A stretch of DNA of 63,814 bases, counting the filler, from Intoshia linei (taxonomy: Eukaryota > Animalia > Orthonectida), in the NCBI GenBank assembly GCA_001642005.1. It is 7 parts of 7 records of this genome, joined end to end, with 100 filler letters (N's around TTAATTAATTAA, not from the genome) between each part and the next. Parts side by side here need not be neighbours in the genome. Positions count along the whole stretch, not along the records: positions 35,018 to 54,003 come from LWCA01000757.1; positions 54,104 to 57,062 come from LWCA01002181.1; positions 57,163 to 59,964 come from LWCA01002299.1; positions 60,065 to 61,906 come from LWCA01002484.1; positions 62,007 to 63,814 come from LWCA01002498.1; 2 more parts are not named here. One strand, written 5' to 3'. Position 1 is the first letter of the stretch, and the number at the start of each line of letters is the position of its first letter. A model generated the notes under the pieces. It had not been told where the DNA came from. It ran no database searches and saw only the letters and a list, made by a program, of their open reading frames with translations. The position numbers were made by a program, and so were the translations under genes. Below are positions 53,600-63,814 of this stretch, in pieces.

Positions 53600-54003
53600 A
53601 TGAATTTAACTATTGATGAAAAATTGCAAATTCTCAAAGAATTGGAAAACGGCATTAAACCAACGGAATTATGCACAAAGTATAAAACCGCAATTTCCAC
53701 AATTTATTCAATTAAAAAAAATAAACAGAAATTACTCAACGTTGAAAAATATGGATCCTGTACAAACAATAAAATTAGAAAATCCATGAAACAGCCCTTT
53801 TTCCCAAAATTATAAGAATCATTGTTTTATTGGTTCATTGATCGACGTTTTTCCAAAATTCCAACAAATGACGATATTATAATAGAGAAAGCCAAATTTA
53901 AAGACAGACATGGGCTCAAATTTAAAAAATGCTCGGGTGAAAGTTTATTTGCAGATTCAGGAAAAATTGAAGCCTTTAAAGTGAAATTACATACGACCAT
54001 TCA
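53600..54003 (+). pseudogene. Pogo/Tigger (CENP-B-like) transposase relic
   Basis: HTH-psq LTIDEKLQILKELENG...STIYSIKKN, in-frame TAA at 53813, LFYWF...IIEKA, KFKDRHGLKF..GES. Runs into the linker. Confidence 0.85.
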
Positions 54004-54103
54004 NNNNNNNNNNNNNNNNNNNNNNNNNNNNNNNNNNNNNNNNNNNNTTAATTAATTAANNNNNNNNNNNNNNNNNNNNNNNNNNNNNNNNNNNNNNNNN
54101 NNN
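54004..54103. other. Artificial contig linker
   Basis: N44-TTAATTAATTAA-N44. Confidence 0.97.
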
Positions 54104-57062
54104 ATTTATAAAATCATTATTGTTAAAATTTTGACTACTCTATTATGTGCTATTATATATTCTTATTTGCTGATAAATAACATGTTAACTTAAAAGATGA
54201 CGCGATTCTTTCAACATATTTGACATTTTCAATGAAATCCAAAACAAATGAAAACAGAGTCTGTCAATGTATACTATTGACTATTCACAATGAGTATTTA
54301 TTTTTATTTCTTCATATATTTATTTGCGTTTGCATCAAAATTTGACTCCTGTAAAAATTTTTATATTTATTTATAATGTGCCAATCCATGGATCAATATA
54401 GCTTTAATAATAGAGAACGGTTACCAAAAAAATATAAACGTAATGATAATGAATCAGTTGATGTCCAAAACAATAGAGAGACAACTCAAAGGCTCCAACA
54501 ACAAATGATCCTAGCAGAAATATCCCGCTTGATCGATGCAGAATTTTCAGATTACATTGAATATCAAACAGCATCATTCGAAGCTGCAATTCGAGAACAC
54601 GATCAAAATGTAAATCATTTATGAAATTGACCAAACATAATTATCATGTTTAAATTTTCTGGTTTTCAATACAGCAATATATCTTGGATTTACACAAATT
54701 CCAATAAAGAATATAGCTATTTAAATGTATTGTTAATTGAAATTATTAATAATAAATTACATTATTATTATATTTTATTCTGAAAATATTTAATTTATTC
54801 ATCTAATAATAATCTAATATGATTATATCAACAAAAATGAGTTCATTGAATATGTAATGTCCAAATAATAAAAATGGTTTACTTTTTTAAATATATTTTG
54901 ACTAATTTCAGGACTAAAGTTAATTTAATAATGGAGTTAAATTATCATTTAACATATATAATAAAAAAATTTAGGTCAGCATTACAGAATACACGCGGTA
55001 ATATTTTAATTATATTTCAATTTTAATGATAATTTAGGTCACATCAACATTGACTGCAATGAAACCTCCACCAGCCAAAAAGCCAGTCAACAAAATGTGA
55101 TTAGAACCAGTAATGTGTATTTTTGAACCAACTTCACTTAAAGCTATTAAGAAAAATGATAGTATTAGTATAAATGTATTAAAATTAAATAAATAGATTA
55201 ATTTACAATTTAACTTTTTAATTTTCTTTTTGTTTTGTCCATTTTCGCGTTTAGATAATATTGATGTCAACTTTAGATTTTAAAGTATTATAGACGTTTT
55301 TTTCGTATCAATATTTTTATTATTTATTAATAATAATTATGCTATAAAGAAATTGCATTGATTTAGTTAGTGCAGAAAAATATTATATGTTCTGTTGAAA
55401 TATTTATGCTGTATTGCAAACCAAAAAATTCAAACTAAATACAATAGCGACAGATTAATTAATGATCATTAACCGGACCACTTTTAGTAACTTATTTATG
55501 TTTTTTTTAATTTTTTTAATAAAATAAAACATATTTATATACATTGACATATTTAATAATTTATTATAAATATAAATTAAATTTAAAATATTTATTTACA
55601 TGTTAATGAGAAATCTATGCAATGTCACATTCCAAACTAACAAATTTTATCAGCGAAATGAAAATTTGGTTTCTATATAATGATGTAAATATACATATTA
55701 TTATTTATTTATATATAATTTAAATTAAACACAGTTATATAAACTAATGAATTGTTTCATTTATTCGTTCTTTGAATTACACAAGATGATGGGCATAACT
55801 TTGTTTCATAATGTTGGCAACTTCACCTTTGTATATGCATTTGATATCATTTTTAACATTGTTTGATATTTTAAAAATGAGCATTGACTTCGAATCTGCA
55901 AACAACCAGTTTGAACCTTTCAATAATTGTATCAATGTACGATCACCATGTCTTAATACAATTCTTTATATAATTAATTAGTAATTGATAATTATGTAAT
56001 ACCTCGCTTCCGATGGTCACGCGTGCTGTGAACCATTTGTTGAAACCGATTGTGACCATTTCTGCCTTTATTATAGTTTTATTTTTTATCTATAATATAA
56101 TCAGCTTAGTTAATTATATAAATTACTATTAATAGTTATTGGTATTGTTCCAAACAGTAATTTTTATGTTGCAAACTTTAGTCTGTAAATTTAGAAATGA
56201 AATCTATTAATGATTTAATATTTATTCAAGTTTAAAAGATCAGTAAAGTGTAAACTAGTTAGATGTTAGCACACTATAACAATTCTTAAATTAATTTCTA
56301 TTGTGTATAAAATCATATATGGTCTTTTTCAGATCATTCGAATGGTTATTAGTTACGCCTCTTTTTATAACATTTAGTACACGACATTTTAAGTTTAATG
56401 TCATATATTTTATTGTTTTAAATTAGTAGTAAATTTACTTCAAACGATTCAGCAATGTTCGTTTCGTGAAATGTTTAAAATAGAATTACAATAAATATTA
56501 TAATTATTAAATTTATATTATTATAATTTATATTAGTATTGGTATATTGATTCATTTATTTAAGTGTAATAATATCAAGATTGATATATTGTATATTGAA
56601 AACCATAAAATTGAAACATAATACACTTTACTTGGGTTAGACTACATCAATATGTTAATTAATCTATTAGTGTTAGACCAATGTCAACCCTAATACGGCC
56701 CAAATTACTAGTTTTACTTCCTGGAAAAAGATTCAAGATACTTTTTTAAGTATATTGGCTTCTAATTTACAGTCTAACCACCATTAAGGCGTATAATTAA
56801 ACGTTACCTTTATGCAACTTAAATTTAAAATTTATAAAACAATATCGCACAATATATATTGACTGTTAGAACGGGTTTTCAATTAATAACTGATAAATTG
56901 ACAGACTCTGTTTTACTGATGTTTCTGATAGTTGTTGAAAATCTCAAATAGATGAAAGAATCGCGTCATCTTTTAAGTTAAATTTTTTTTTATCAGCAAA
57001 TAAGAATTTATAATAGCACATAATGGAGTAGTCAAAATTTTAACAATAATGATTTTATAAAT
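54104..57062. repeat. Segment bounded by diverged ~125-165 bp inverted repeats
   Basis: 54104-54267 (ATTTATAAAATCATTATTGTTAAAATTTTGACTACTC...AAAGATGACGCGATTCTTTCA...AAACAGAGTCTGTCAAT) is the reverse complement of ~56897-57062, with substitutions and indels. Confidence 0.85.
54376..54624 (+). CDS. Hypothetical 82-aa protein
   Basis: ATG-initiated ORF with a hydrophilic, protein-like composition (Q/E/R/D-rich), unlike the I/F/Y/K-rich spurious ORFs nearby. No homology recognised. Confidence 0.4.
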   Translation: MCQSMDQYSFNNRERLPKKYKRNDNESVDVQNNRETTQRLQQQMILAEISRLIDAEFSDYIEYQTASFEAAIREHDQNVNHL

Positions 57063-57162
57063 NNNNNNNNNNNNNNNNNNNNNNNNNNNNNNNNNNNNNN
57101 NNNNNNTTAATTAATTAANNNNNNNNNNNNNNNNNNNNNNNNNNNNNNNNNNNNNNNNNNNN
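57063..57162. other. Artificial contig linker
   Basis: N44-TTAATTAATTAA-N44. Confidence 0.97.
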
Positions 57163-58031
57163 GTGGTTCCATGTAGAGAAAATTATGTAGTAAAGGTGCC
57201 GTAAGAGAAATATTTTAATAAATAATTAATATAAAGTTTATATTATAAACACCTTAAATTACCTTATATTGTATCAAAACTTAATGTCTTAGAGTATAAA
57301 TTTTTTCTATTATCACTTGATCAGAATGAAACAATTGTAGATTTTTGTTTGTTTTGGTGTTTATAATTTACCTATCTTGCGATACGAAAATTTTCGTATT
57401 ATCCGACAATGTTATAACTAAAAAATTACAATCATATTGAATTTTATGATATTTTGAAATATTTGTCATAAATATATTTAATTGATTTAATTTTGCATCA
57501 TACAAATATAAATCAATTAAAGATACAATATATATTTTGTTAGTGCCATAAATTTCTATTTTTTGATGAACATCAAAATTAAATGTACGAAGTATTTTTT
57601 TGATTTTTAATGCAAAAATAGCGTTTCTATTAACATCTCTTATAGTACCATTATAATAGATTGTTTTATTAAATACAATGTATTTAGTAGGCATCACACG
57701 AACTTTTTTTGTTTCAGAACTTTTAGTTTAGTTTAGTTTCAGATGATATATAGATTAATTTATACTCAGTACCATCACTTACATAACTAAGATACGTATT
57801 AAATTTCGATTTAAATTCAATATAATAATAATATGATCCAATCATTTTAAATTGGTTTTTTAAATATTCCCATATCATTATCGAATTATACTTTTTTACG
57901 ACAAATACATTATTAAATTTAGTTATTGTATAATTTTTTTTCACATTTACAAATGTTACTTCTTTCAAAGGATTTTCAATTTGACGGGCGTTTACATAGA
58001 TCAAAATTGCCAATACCCATATTATTTTCAT
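57163..58031 (-). CDS. Secreted/membrane beta-rich protein (possibly VPS10-like), multi-exon, 3' truncated
   Basis: Signal peptide MKIIWVLAILIYVNA. The two ORFs join through a plausible 46-nt GT-AG intron. IFVSQD is Asp-box-like. Further short exons run to the linker. Confidence 0.5.
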
Positions 58032-58791
58032 TTGTGCAAAAATTCAAACCGTTTTAAAGTAAACTTATAAATTTCAATTTGCAATATTGATAGTTAATGT
58101 TATTATACAATGTACATATTTATTTACGTACATATTATGAATTTTTAAATTTAACTATAGTTTAGGTTTTCTGTGGGTCAATTCAGTTTTTTTTTTAAAT
58201 TTTTTTATGCTCCTTTAATAATTATGTATCACAAAAACTATTAGGAACAATTGCAGGAATCATGTTATAGAAAATACATATCTACATTACAAAAAATAAT
58301 TTAGTAGATTTATTTTTAATATCAAAAATTATATACACCTAACTCATCTAACATTAAAAAAAATATTTTATGCTAATTATGTGACGCGCACTAATATAAT
58401 GGTATTTATAGTAAATAAATTGTCTACTAGNTAAAATTTTTTATGCTCCTTTAATAATTATGTATCACAAAAACTATTAGGAACAATTGCAGAAATCATG
58501 TCATATAAAATACATATCTACATTACGGAAAATAATTTAATAGATTTATTTTTAATATCAAAAATTATATACACCTAACTCATCTAACATTAAAAAAAAT
58601 ATTTTATGCTAATTATGTGACGCGCACTAGTATAATTGTATTTTTAGTAGATAAATTGTCTACTAGCTATAATTACACTGTCAAATTGTAGTAAAAAAAT
58701 TAACTACTAAGTTAAATTATCAAAAGTTAATTTTTGTTATGTTTATCGGTATGAAATTACAAGCATGATGATATTAATATTATGCATTAGG

Positions 58792-59250
58792 CAGTGGTTC
58801 TTAACCTTTTTTGACCTATGCACCCCAAATATTGATCTTAATGACTGTGCACTTCTAAATAAAAATCAATTAATACAATATTAATTATAAATAAAGTGTT
58901 AACTAGTAACTTAAATTAAACGGATATAATTTAAGAATTAAAGCTAATTTAATCATAATAATGGTCGTAGAGAGCCAGCAGTAGGCCCGGGCTTGATGGA
59001 AAGTATAGGCCTCTATAAAAAAAATTTTAAAAATGGACCTCTATACATTAATTAATTAAACGTTCATTATCTAAAAATTAAAAATAACAATTATCTCTAC
59101 AGAAATTTTATCAATATTGGATTTCGGCAACCAATTTTCCCCTTCTTCACAGCAATGCAATGAAGATACTGACTTTTTTCGGTAGTACATATCGGTGCGA
59201 ACAATTGTTTTCGTTGATGAAGGTGAGAAAGAACAAGACTATTAACCGAT
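58792..59250 (+). mobile_element. hAT (Charlie/Buster-like) relic with an inserted MITE end
   Basis: TIR-like CAGTGGTTCTTAACC at 58792. MITE end GTCGTAGAGAGCCAGCAGTAGGCCC at ~58964. FPLLHSNAMKILTFFGSTYRCEQLFSLMK resembles the hAT C-terminal dimerisation motif (FxSTYxCExxFS). Confidence 0.75.
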
Positions 59251-59964
59251 TTGTATGTGTGAATAGTTTCGATTTTAGGGGTACAATTATTATAACATAT
59301 GTCAAGCTAGAGTTTTATGCTAACCTACATGTAGCTACAGCTCTGAATATAAATGTACAAGCCAAGCCGATTTTGGGCGTTGCAACTATGTATAATCTGA
59401 TTATTTAAATGAGCAGATTTTTGATATGATCATAAGCATTCGTGAGCGAAAACACCACCCATGTGGACAGAACGGGTATATAAAATCATGTATTATTAAT
59501 CAAAGAAATGTATGTAAACATTGTATCCACATGAAAATAATAGAAGTCTTGCCATTCCAGAACTACAGATACACAGAAGGATTTAATGTTATTACAATAT
59601 TTAATTAATTCTAACTTCAATGAATTTTTGCAACCTATTAAATTTTGTATAGATTTTATTTAAAATTCAATAAAAGTTTCACAGATTTATTCTAATTATG
59701 TGTGACCAAATGTGTACTTGAAATTTTCGATAAAAATTTTACGGTGTACATTTTATTAACATTTTAGTAAAAAATTAAAATAAATAAATAATAAATATAT
59801 TGATATTTAAAATATTGACCAACAGGCTACCATAATATTATTTTGTGATTCAGATTTGATCCAAAAATAAAAAATCACGTTTTCTTTCATGTCTATTTAA
59901 AATTTTCTTTAAAAATTCTACGGTGTACATTTTATTCACTTTTTAGTAAAAAATTGCAATAAAT

Positions 59965-60064
59965 NNNNNNNNNNNNNNNNNNNNNNNNNNNNNNNNNNNN
60001 NNNNNNNNTTAATTAATTAANNNNNNNNNNNNNNNNNNNNNNNNNNNNNNNNNNNNNNNNNNNN
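59965..60064. other. Artificial contig linker
   Basis: N44-TTAATTAATTAA-N44. Confidence 0.97.
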
Positions 60065-60160
60065 TAAATAAATAATAACTAAATACAATGTACATTATAC
60101 AAAGTAATTATAATAAAATCAAAAAAAAATATTAATAAATAAAAATAATAATGAATTTAG

Positions 60161-61648
60161 AATTCTATACGACACAATTTAAGTCTAAACAAGTGCTTTC
60201 AAAAAGTAAAATTGAATTAATAATAATTAATGAAAATATAAAAAATTTTTAAGGTACCAAGAACAAAAGACGAACCTGGTAAAGGAGGTTTTTGGAGAAT
60301 TCATGTTGACTACGAAGATTTGATATTGGACACACCATCATTTAGAGCTAGAAGTGAAGCAATGAATGGAAAAAAGAGTCTATTTAAAAATTCAAAAAAT
60401 TCTAGAAATATGAAATACCCTCATTCAAAATACGACACATACAAGCACCAAGCCCCACACATTTCCCCAGCAGCAATCGAACTAGCGCGTCAACATATTT
60501 TAGAAACGGAAGGAGTAATATCTGAAAAGGCTAATAATTTACTACAACCTAAACATTACATGGAACGCAACATTGCTGATACCCATATTAATGCTCCAAT
60601 TATGGAAAACACTCAATCACCCAATTTAGACATATCAAAGAAAAAAACGAAACCCAGAAGAAAAAAGCCCAAAAATTCAAAAACAAAAAAAAACCAAGAA
60701 ATCCAACGGAAAATAGAAATGGAACCAAAGCAAGACTATGAATATGAATATGAACCCAATCAAAATGTTTATCCTGGATATGAATTTGCAAATCAAACCT
60801 ATGAACCAATTTTTAACCAGCAATATCAACAAGTAAAGCGTAACATGCCAATTATGCAGAATAAAATATGTACAACTGAAAATTTCGAATGTTATCAAAA
60901 TAACTATGATTCCATCAATGCAAAATCCAACACGTATCAATACAATTATTACGATTCAGTGGAAAAGACGTATCAAAACCCGAACCAAACTCACAATGAT
61001 TCTCAAACATATATTTATTATGACGAAATAAATATGAATGGTACAAATAGTATAAATACAATTACTACTGCAAACTCTGAAACTGTGTACCAAAAAAATG
61101 ACATTCAAGATATTAAACCGGTAAACGAAAAATTATCAAACGGTATTGAGTGTGAAATTAAGGAATACAATTCAAATAATATCAACGTTGATTTACCCAA
61201 TAGTCAACATTTGTGTCAAAATTCATTCGAAAATTTTTTGGAAAATATTGAGTCTAGTAAATATCTTGACGAAAATTATTTAATATCTCAAAATCAAAAC
61301 AATTTACAAAATGAACCAATACATAATCAAAACAAACATGATATTCTCGAAAATTTTAATATTGACGAATATTTACAATTTGATAATATCCTCCAAAAAA
61401 ATAAAAAACGTAAAAATAGTAGAGATCTTAAAAGAAAAAAATCTAAACAAAAAAAAAATAAAAATCAAAAATCTGACGATTCCAATTTATTGGATGACGT
61501 TCATTTAGATTTTTTAACAGGTGATCCACTTAATTTACTTATTGAAGGAAAATCTCTTTATTCAATGGAAGCATTCATTTCCAACAATGAAAATGAAACT
61601 ATTGAAACTTTTTTTACCAAAATGCCTAAATCCAATTCCACAAAATAA
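60161..61648 (+). CDS. FOXJ1: Forkhead box J1 transcription factor, 5' truncated
   Basis: Exon 60161-60205 gives NSIRHNLSLNKCFQK. After a 48-nt intron, the exon from 60254 gives VPRTKDEPGKGGFWRI, the FoxJ1-type wing (KVPREKDEPGKGGFWRI). Long N/Q-rich tail with two basic clusters. Confidence 0.9.
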
Positions 61649-61906
61649 TATGTAAAAAAATTGTTAATTCGTTTATTATTATGTTTATTAAAATTCAGTT
61701 ATTTTGCCATTTTTAATTGTTTATCAAATACCGTTTCGTGGGTGATTTTAAGATTGATTATAATAAATCTCATATTTTGATTACGTATTCCGAAAGGTTT
61801 AGTGATAATTGAAAAAATCCTATCCACAATTATTTTTAAATTATAGTATATAATATATGGAATTGATAGCGGATAATTACATGATCACATTTAAATTAAA
61901 AAGAAA

Positions 61907-62006
61907 NNNNNNNNNNNNNNNNNNNNNNNNNNNNNNNNNNNNNNNNNNNNTTAATTAATTAANNNNNNNNNNNNNNNNNNNNNNNNNNNNNNNNNNNNNN
62001 NNNNNN
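61907..62006. other. Artificial contig linker
   Basis: N44-TTAATTAATTAA-N44. Confidence 0.97.
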
Positions 62007-63063
62007 GAAAACTGAAAGTCGCAGAAATTTATAAATCACAAATCCTAAGTCAGTTTTTTCCGCTACGTCAAGTAAGATAAATTACAATATCGTACATTTG
62101 TATCTTTATGGTGAAAATCCAAATTAAAATTTTTTTAAAAATTTAAATTATATTATAAAAAATATTCAATTATTAACGATTCTCAGTTAAATTAACTTTT
62201 ATGCTTCTTTTACACATTTAAAAATGTTTTGATTCCTCCATCAATTATTTAATCCAGTATCAATGAACTATTTAAAGTGAAATAGAACTAGAACTAGTGA
62301 GCATAGTTAAAATTACATTTATATTCAAAATTAAAAAATCCAGAAATTCATTATTTTTTTCCAGGGGTCTTCATCCTCGTAATCGCTATGCAATTTAAGT
62401 ATTTAAGTAATAAATTTATTATTAAATTTATTGTAATATACATACCATATATCTTATTTTAGATTAAAAATTATTTAAAAACTGTCCCACAATTTACGTT
62501 TTTGAACCTGAAGGCCTCAATTTATGACTATGAAATTTGCAATAAAACATCATTCTAGAAAATCTCTATTAGAAATTTGGTTTTTTATATTTTTGGACAT
62601 TTAATTTTTTAATTAAACAGTAACACACATGAACAATCTTATGTAAATAAAGGATAATTTGGTACACATGAAACTATTCAAATAATAAAATGTGCCAATC
62701 TGTCAAAAATGTGAAAACTCCTGCTTTGGTTCATCAAATTAAAAAATTTAATGATTTGTAAAAATTATATCTGGTAACATCCGCCCTGAATTGGACTAGC
62801 TACTGTTTGTATTAAGTACATGACATTCAAATATTTTCAATATTATGAAATAATATGAAACTATGATAAAAATAATATACATGGTAGAATATTCAAATTT
62901 CTGATGGTCTCAATACAGATTTTAGATAATTTCGTGCGTTACCAAAACAAAATTTTCAAAATGGTTGGGTTATTGAGTTAATAATAATGATAACTTATTA
63001 AGTTTCTATTTAACAAAAAATTTGAGGTAGCGATGACACATCACTGATGACCATTAAATTTAC

Positions 63064-63709
63064 CATTGCGAATAAATCAGATCGGGACTGGTTTCGAATT
63101 TTTATAATATTTTTAAAGCCCTTTGTTGTGACTAAACAACAAGGTTCTCCATTGGTTTCGAGTAATGCATTAGTAGCAACAGTTGTTCCCATTCTAATAA
63201 ATTTTATTTTTGTTCCATCAATCAATTCATCTAAAAAAGATAAATTAAGAATAATAGCTATAAGAATATACATTTTATATTTTAACCTAATAAATAGAAT
63301 CAAAAGTAACCACTTTTATAACTGTTGGACTTAATTATTTATAATATATATCATTATCATATAATTATTGTTGTTTTGAATTTTCTTACTATGAAAACTT
63401 TTCACATTGCTCTAATTTTTTTTGTATCTTTACGATACTTTTTTTTAATATTAACAATGTTAATGTAAATAAAGTAACAATTTTATGTAAATAATAAAAA
63501 ATTGTATATTTTTACTTACTTTTCTACTACTTCTTACTACTTCAAAACAAAACCACTACCTTATGCATAATCTGACGTATACCTTCCGCTGGAGCATCAT
63601 TATAGTGAATGTTATCAGATAAAAGTTTTTCAGTAACAATGTTTCCATTAGGCAAAGTGCAATAAATAGCTGTAAAAGTACCTCCTCTATCAATAGCAAA
63701 CTTGAACAT
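63064..63709 (-). CDS. OPLAH: 5-oxoprolinase (hydantoinase/oxoprolinase family), 5' exons only
   Basis: MFKFAIDRGGTFT...KLLS...YNDAPAEGIR and IRMGTTVATNALLE...LVTTKGF...NQSRSDLF. No downstream exon is recognised before the linker. Confidence 0.88.
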
Positions 63710-63814
63710 AAAAATTTTTATTAAATGATATAAAATAATTGATAGTGCTAATGTAAATACAAAATAAAGTTTAATTTAACAGATAGTATATATATTCATA
63801 TGTTAATCGTTCTT

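Noticed and set aside
53813-53815. In-frame TAA suggesting stop-codon reassignment or readthrough
   Set aside because: It occurs only in a decayed transposase. The host genes terminate normally at TAA, TAG and TGA.
55930-55960. RHGDRT resembling the histidine acid phosphatase RHGxRxP motif
   Set aside because: The following Pro is absent, the reading frame is short, and no other family motifs are present.
57697-57723. Apparent frameshift/programmed recoding between two ORFs
   Set aside because: A 46-nt GT-AG intron restores the frame, consistent with local intron sizes.
60600-60940. Antisense or alternate-frame ORFs over FoxJ1, Robo, the VPS10-like gene, MRPL28, SLC10 and OPLAH
   Set aside because: They are shadow ORFs of real coding exons, with no independent motifs.
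37279-61648. Apparent cilia/Hedgehog cluster (ULK3 + FoxJ1) and apoptosis cluster (ASPP + BH3-like ORF)
   Set aside because: The genes lie on different segments separated by artificial linkers, so their linkage is unsupported.
11625-62006. Palindromic TTAATTAATTAA recurring six times
   Set aside because: It is always centred in exactly 44+44 Ns, so it is a synthetic six-frame-stop linker joining contigs and not biological.

Overview
This is eukaryotic (metazoan) genomic DNA: very AT-rich, compact, with many 30-50 nt GT-AG introns, so the ORF track fragments most genes. The window is not contiguous. It is seven sequence segments joined by an artificial 100-nt linker (N44-TTAATTAATTAA-N44), so adjacency across linkers is not biological. 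Manual splicing recovers a JAK-family gene (FERM-SH2-pseudokinase, apparently without the catalytic JH1 domain), CAPZB, a Robo receptor with only four Ig domains, two tandem SLC10 bile-acid:Na+ symporter paralogues (one lacking the ETxxQN Na+-site motif), SNRPC (U1-C), TBC1D20, MRPL28, GOSR2 (3' part), ULK3 (ending in CaaX), a POLR3G/RPC7-like gene, an intronless VPS10/sortilin-like receptor, ASPP, FoxJ1 (3' part) and OPLAH (5' part). Introns and intergenic DNA are full of a non-autonomous Helitron family, hAT MITEs with 8-bp TSDs (one triple nest), and Tc1/Tc3, mariner, pogo/Tigger and hAT transposase relics. The tiny introns, low GC and strongly diverged proteins fit a reduced invertebrate genome such as an orthonectid; this is an inference and was not verified. 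All homology calls come from remembered motifs, not database searches. Top leads: the kinase-less JAK, the SLC10 paralogue with a degenerate Na+ site, and the 4-Ig Robo.
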